Virus genome (UHGV): UHGV-0197950
Direction: 5' to 3' (one strand)
From: a virus
Length of the DNA stretch: 10,010 nucleotides
The notes under the pieces were generated by a model. That model saw nothing but the letters and a program-made list of their open reading frames with translations. It did not search any database and had not been told where the DNA came from. A program made the translations under genes and the position numbers. Shown here piece by piece: positions 6,926 to 10,010 of this stretch. Numbering within the stretch: position 1 is the stretch's first letter; each line of letters begins with the position of its first letter.

Positions 6926-7972
6926 ATGAGTATGGTTGACTTATATTCGCCTACACAGCTTGTGCAGGTGGCTAATGCTGAAGATGTGCAAAAAAAATTA
7001 AATGCGTTGTTTACCAGTTTGTTTTTCACTCGCTCGGTAATGTTTGAATCGAGAGACATTATTCTTGATACGATCGACGATCCAAATATCCCGATCGCGG
7101 CGTTTTGCTCTCCTATGGTGGGCAGTAAAGTTTCACGAGATGAGGGATACGAATCAAAAACAATTCGCCCTGGCTATATGAAACCGAAAAGCAGCATTGA
7201 TCCAAATAAGTTAGCTGTGCGCCCTGCTGGTGTATCACCTGAGCAATACAATGCTTTTGGAGCGCGTAATATTAAAGTTAAACAGGCGATTGTAAATCAG
7301 GCTAAAGCTATTCGTGCACGTATTGAATGGCTTGCCGTTCAGGCAATCACAACGGGGAAAAATATCATTGAGGGCGATGGTATTGAACGTTATGAGCTGG
7401 ACTGGAATATTAAACCACAAAATATCATCACTCAGTCTGGCGGTGCTGAGTGGTCAGGTAAGGATAAAGAAGCTTTTGATCCAAATGATGATATTGAGAG
7501 CTACGCAGAATTTAGTGAGGGCGTCACTAATATTATCATTATGGGCGGTAATGTATGGAAGAAATACCGTTCATTCAGGGCGATAAAAGAGGCTCTGGAT
7601 ACTCGTCGTGGTTCTAATTCCGAACTGGAAACGGCCCTTAAAGACCTTGGTGATTCGGTGAGTTTTAAAGGGTATATGGGCGATGTTGCGATTGTTGTTT
7701 ACAGCGGGCGTTATACCGACGAGGACGGAACTGAAAAATATTTCCTTGATCCTGATTTGATGGTGCTTGGCAATACGGCTCTTCAGGGGATTGTCGCTTA
7801 TGGCGGTATTCAGGATCCGGAGCTAATCCGGATGGGGCTGACTAAAGCCGAACTTGCACCGAAAAACTATATTGTGCCTGGTGATCCGGCTATTGAATAT
7901 GTGCAGACACATTCAGCACCACAGCCAATACCGGCCCGCATCAATCGTTTTGTTACCGTTCGCATTGGCTAA
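6926..7972 (+). CDS. Major capsid protein, phage lambda gpE family
   Basis: Begins MSMVDLYSPTQLV (lambda gpE begins MSMYTTAQLL) and shares long blocks with gpE as recalled: NIITQSGGAEWSGKDKEAFDPNDDIESYA, LDTRRGSNSELETALKDLG, GDVAIVVYSG, MVLGNT, PGDPA. Start may be ATG 6926 or 6932 (AGAGG abuts 6926). Stop TAA 7970-7972. Confidence 0.9.
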   Translation: MSMVDLYSPTQLVQVANAEDVQKKLNALFTSLFFTRSVMFESRDIILDTIDDPNIPIAAFCSPMVGSKVSRDEGYESKTIRPGYMKPKSSIDPNKLAVRPAGVSPEQYNAFGARNIKVKQAIVNQAKAIRARIEWLAVQAITTGKNIIEGDGIERYELDWNIKPQNIITQSGGAEWSGKDKEAFDPNDDIESYAEFSEGVTNIIIMGGNVWKKYRSFRAIKEALDTRRGSNSELETALKDLGDSVSFKGYMGDVAIVVYSGRYTDEDGTEKYFLDPDLMVLGNTALQGIVAYGGIQDPELIRMGLTKAELAPKNYIVPGDPAIEYVQTHSAPQPIPARINRFVTVRIG

Positions 7973-7981
7973 GGGGGAGCA

Positions 7982-8323
7982 ATGGCTACTCATTACACTG
8001 AACTCATGTCTGGCACTGAAGCACTGGTTACTACGCTGGGGATATTTTCAGCCAATAAAGGGGTAATACCTGCGTTTACGCCACTGATGCAGGAAGATGC
8101 AACTGGTGCGCTAGTGGTATGGGATGGAACGAGCGCAGGCAAAGCGGTTTATGTTTCCGCTGTACAAATCGACACAGCGAAAAAAACACAGGCACAGGTT
8201 TATAAGACAGGTGTTTTAAATGTTGATGCTCTGAACTGGCCTGAGTCTGTAAAAGAACTGTCGGCAAAGGTTGCCGCGTTTGTTGGCTCAGGTATTTCTG
8301 TTCAGCCGCTGGCTCGTGTGTAA
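7982..8323 (+). CDS. Head decoration protein, phage lambda gpD family
   Basis: 113 aa with SD AAGGGGGAG; motifs shared with gpD as recalled: TPLM, LVVWDGT, YKTG, WPE, AAFVGSGISV. Lies immediately downstream of the capsid gene (order E then D, reversed relative to lambda). Confidence 0.8.
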   Translation: MATHYTELMSGTEALVTTLGIFSANKGVIPAFTPLMQEDATGALVVWDGTSAGKAVYVSAVQIDTAKKTQAQVYKTGVLNVDALNWPESVKELSAKVAAFVGSGISVQPLARV

Positions 8324-8334
8324 AGGGGGATACA

Positions 8335-8718
8335 ATGCAGAATCATTACAATGACCTTAAGCCAATTGCCGAAATGATGTATCCGGATCCAGCAGTAGAG
8401 GAATTAAAGGCTATTGCTGACAAAATGCGTTTAAGTGAACGCCTTGTTGATATGAATCAGGTGATGGAACTTACTACCCTTAGCCGTCGCACATTGCTAA
8501 ACCTTGAGGCTCGCGGAGAGTTCCCCGAACGCGTACAGGTTACGGAAGGGCGTAAGGCCTGGTATTTAAGTGAAGTGATCGACTGGATAAACAATATTCC
8601 TCGAGCTTCTGAATATTGCCGCGTACCTGTCCCAAAAAAGCCAGATGCGGCGCTATGCCTCAAGATTGAGCGTGTACGTCGCAATGCACGGGATGGTCGC
8701 TATAAGTTGATTGGTTGA
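8335..8718 (+). CDS. AlpA-type HTH DNA-binding protein with N-terminal extension (127 aa); candidate late/packaging regulator
   Basis: SD AAAGGGGGA; C-terminal half has an AlpA-like HTH (MELTTLSRRTLLNLEARGEFPERVQVTEGRKAWYLSEVIDWINN). Sits between the decoration gene and cos. Confidence 0.7.
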   Translation: MQNHYNDLKPIAEMMYPDPAVEELKAIADKMRLSERLVDMNQVMELTTLSRRTLLNLEARGEFPERVQVTEGRKAWYLSEVIDWINNIPRASEYCRVPVPKKPDAALCLKIERVRRNARDGRYKLIG

Positions 8719-8741
8719 TGAAATTAGGGCCCGTTCTGGCT

Positions 8742-8810
8742 GGCGGGTCCTTTCCGGCGATCCGGTAGGCTACGGGGCGGCGACCTCGCGGTTTTTCGCT
8801 ATTTATGAGC
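8742..8810. other. Lambda-type cohesive-end site (cosQ/cosN region); cosN 12-nt GGGCGGCGACCT at 8775-8786
   Basis: Island GGCGGGTCCTTTCCGGCGATCCGGTAGGCTACG|GGGCGGCGACCT|CGCGGTTTTTCGCTATTTATGAG versus lambda right end ...CGGGTCCTTTCCGGTGATCCGACAGGTTACG and left end GGGCGGCGACCTCGCGGGTTTTCGCTATTTATGAA as recalled. Identity falls away after about +35, so the cosB region is different. About 145 bp upstream of a Nu1-like gene, as in lambda. Confidence 0.8.
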
Positions 8811-8818
8811 TTTTTCAG

Positions 8819-8833
8819 GGTGGTGGTGGTGGT
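8819..8833. repeat. (GGT)5 trinucleotide tract followed by TTTGTTGTTTG, inside the cosB-equivalent region
   Basis: Read directly: ggtggtggtggtggt at 8819-8833. Downstream are ACACCAACACACCAACC repeats (8877-8893), loosely complementary in composition. Confidence 0.6.
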
Positions 8834-8919
8834 TTTGTTGTTTGCTCTATCTCCATGAATAAAAAGGGAAAGATAACACCAACACACCAACCTGAAACCT
8901 TGACCAAGTTGGGATATTG

Positions 8920-9462
8920 ATGAAATCGCACCTGATGAACAAAAAAACCATGGCGCAAAGCTGCCGGGTAAGTGCTACAGCATTCGACAAGTGGGGAGTG
9001 ACTCCCGTTGAACGTAAAGGCCGTGAGGCGTTTTATGATGTTGCCAGCGTGATAGACAATAGGGTTAACAATGCAATTAGCCAGCTTACAAACGACAAAG
9101 GCGAGATTGATGATGATGAACTCTTACGAGTCAGGATCAGATTACTGACAGCACAGGCGGAGGCGCAGGAACTTAAAAACGAGCGCGATCGCGGTGACGT
9201 GATTGATACAGAGTTTTGCATGTACGCGCTTTCAAAACTGGCGAGTCAGATTTCATCAATCATGGACAGCCTCCCGCTTACTATGCAAAGGAGCTTCCCA
9301 CAGATGACCCCCGTCATGCTGGATGGCCTGAAAAAAGAAGTTGTCAGAGCCTGTAACGCATGCACAAAACTTGATGAAAACATCCCGCGAATGCTGTCCG
9401 ATTATCTGATGGAAACTACCGGAAATGTGCCTGATAAGTTTCAGCCGGATAAAGACAAGTAA
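8920..9462 (+). CDS. Terminase small subunit, lambda Nu1-like
   Basis: Product aligns by eye with lambda Nu1: N-terminus ...NKKTMAQSCRVSATAFDKWGVTPVERKGREAFYDVASVI versus NKKQLADIFGASIRTIQNWQEQGMPVLRGGGKGNEVLYDSAAVI; C-terminal part RLLTAQAEAQELKNERDRGDVIDTEFCMYALSKLASQISSIMDSLPLTMQRSFPQ versus RLTRAQADAQELKNARDSAEVVETAFCTFVLSRIAGEIASILDGLPLSVQRRFPE. Start ambiguous (TTG 8917, ATG 8920, ATG 8935). No TerL gene follows. Confidence 0.85.
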   Translation: MKSHLMNKKTMAQSCRVSATAFDKWGVTPVERKGREAFYDVASVIDNRVNNAISQLTNDKGEIDDDELLRVRIRLLTAQAEAQELKNERDRGDVIDTEFCMYALSKLASQISSIMDSLPLTMQRSFPQMTPVMLDGLKKEVVRACNACTKLDENIPRMLSDYLMETTGNVPDKFQPDKDK

Positions 9463-9480
9463 CGTAGTGCACAATGACCG

Positions 9481-9502
9481 AAGCCAGTTTACTGACTGGC
9501 TT
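9481..9502 (+). terminator. Hairpin (AAGCCAGT-N6-ACTGGCTT) 19 nt after the terS stop; possible terminator or RNA-stability element
   Basis: Perfect 8-bp stem read directly; the downstream sequence is only weakly T-rich (TTCAGCGTTGCG). Confidence 0.3.
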
Positions 9503-9698
9503 TCAGCGTTGCGCTGGTGGGCGTTATGCGTCAGTGATGAACAAAAAACAATCGAAATCGACACCGAAAAATAAAACATCAAGTCATATCAATATATTGC
9601 ATTGGTGGTGATGACGAATAAAAATGCAAAAACTAGCCTTTTTCCGCGATGCTCCCGCCCCGTGGCAGGGCACCCCACAAGGAGGACCCGCCATCACT

Positions 9699-10010
9699 AT
9701 GGAGGCCATGACCATGACCATGACCATGACCGAGACCGAAGCGCTCGGGATAATCCGCAGTATTACCGGAATCAGCCAGCAGGCTGGCGAACAGGAGGCC
9801 ACGCAGCCGGACAGCGTGATAGCCGAAAATTACGCGCGTGTTGTTGCTGAGGTGATGCGCCGTGATGGTATTGAGCTTAACGGCGTGGATATGCGCAACA
9901 TACGAACCAGAGTCCTTGAGTTGCTGGCATACCGTCGCCGTTCTCAACAACGGAGGGAGAGCGCGAAAAGTACTTACCAGTGGAAGAAGCCGGAACGACT
10001 GCGGCGGTAA
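9699..10010 (+). CDS. Hypothetical protein (~103 aa) beginning in a hexanucleotide repeat (MEAMTMTMTMTETE...)
   Basis: ORF ends TAA 10008-10010. Candidate starts are ATG 9699 (SD AAGGAGGA 9679-9686) or ATG 9714 (SD GGAGG 9701-9705). The track start 9624 lies in probable non-coding DNA. No confident family assignment. Confidence 0.5.
   Translation: MEAMTMTMTMTETEALGIIRSITGISQQAGEQEATQPDSVIAENYARVVAEVMRRDGIELNGVDMRNIRTRVLELLAYRRRSQQRRESAKSTYQWKKPERLRR
9707..9730 (+). repeat. (CATGAC)4 hexanucleotide tandem repeat, with a degenerate fifth unit to 9736, at the 5' end of the last gene
   Basis: Read directly: catgac x4 at 9707-9730 then cgagac; encodes MT dipeptide repeats and provides four in-frame ATG codons. 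Confidence 0.7.

Noticed and set aside
8711-8920. 69-aa + strand ORF spanning the cos region
   Set aside because: It covers the lambda-like cosQ/cosN sequence and the GGT repeat (translated as GGGGG); this is non-coding packaging-site DNA.
7235-9582. ORFs 7235-7420 -, 7314-7586 +, 7854-8066 +, 8076-8267 -, 8457-8684 -, 8660-8890 -, 9033-9221 - and 9256-9582 -
   Set aside because: All overlap, or are out of frame with, the capsid, decoration, HTH and terS genes that have clear homology and SDs; composition typical of shadow ORFs.
9624-9698. Upstream extension of the last gene from ATG 9624
   Set aside because: No SD before 9624 and the stretch is Pro/Gly-rich with a strong SD further in (9679-9686); the start is more likely 9699 or 9714.
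9584-9950. Overlapping ORFs 9584-9802 -, 9602-9850 + and 9633-9950 - around the hexamer repeat
   Set aside because: Their repeat-derived products (VMVMVM, HDHDHD, GHGHGH) are artefacts of the CATGAC repeat read in other frames; the + frame 9699-10010 has the SD and the most protein-like product.
9699-10010. Assignment of the last gene as a lambda gpFI-like packaging protein
   Set aside because: The idea came from position and a vague resemblance, but I cannot recall a verifiable gpFI sequence to support it; left as hypothetical.

Overview
The window reads as the left ~10 kb of an integrated enterobacterial phage-satellite-like element (PICI / capsid-forming-PICI-like), all main genes on the + strand. 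In order: a P4-family tyrosine integrase (405-1643) with repeat-rich upstream DNA; an AlpA-family regulator; a divergently transcribed ribbon-helix-helix-like repressor with twin palindromic operators; small unknown genes translationally coupled to a P-loop primase/helicase-type replication protein; an iteron-type origin (TGTTCACC repeats, 5777-6006); an SSB; then a lambdoid head/packaging module. That module comprises a gpE-like major capsid protein, a gpD-like decoration protein, a second AlpA-type HTH protein, a lambda-type cos site (cosN GGGCGGCGACCT at 8775-8786 with lambda-like flanks) and a Nu1-like small terminase with no large terminase next to it. No rRNA, tRNA or CRISPR array was found. 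The most notable point is that an integrase/AlpA/primase-type island carries its own cos, TerS, capsid and decoration genes while portal, protease, scaffold, TerL and tail genes are absent from the window, implying helper-phage dependence with element-specific packaging and possibly its own capsid geometry. All homology statements come from motifs recalled from memory (lambda Nu1, gpE, gpD, cos; E. coli SSB and AlpA), not from alignments or database searches, so novelty cannot be established here.
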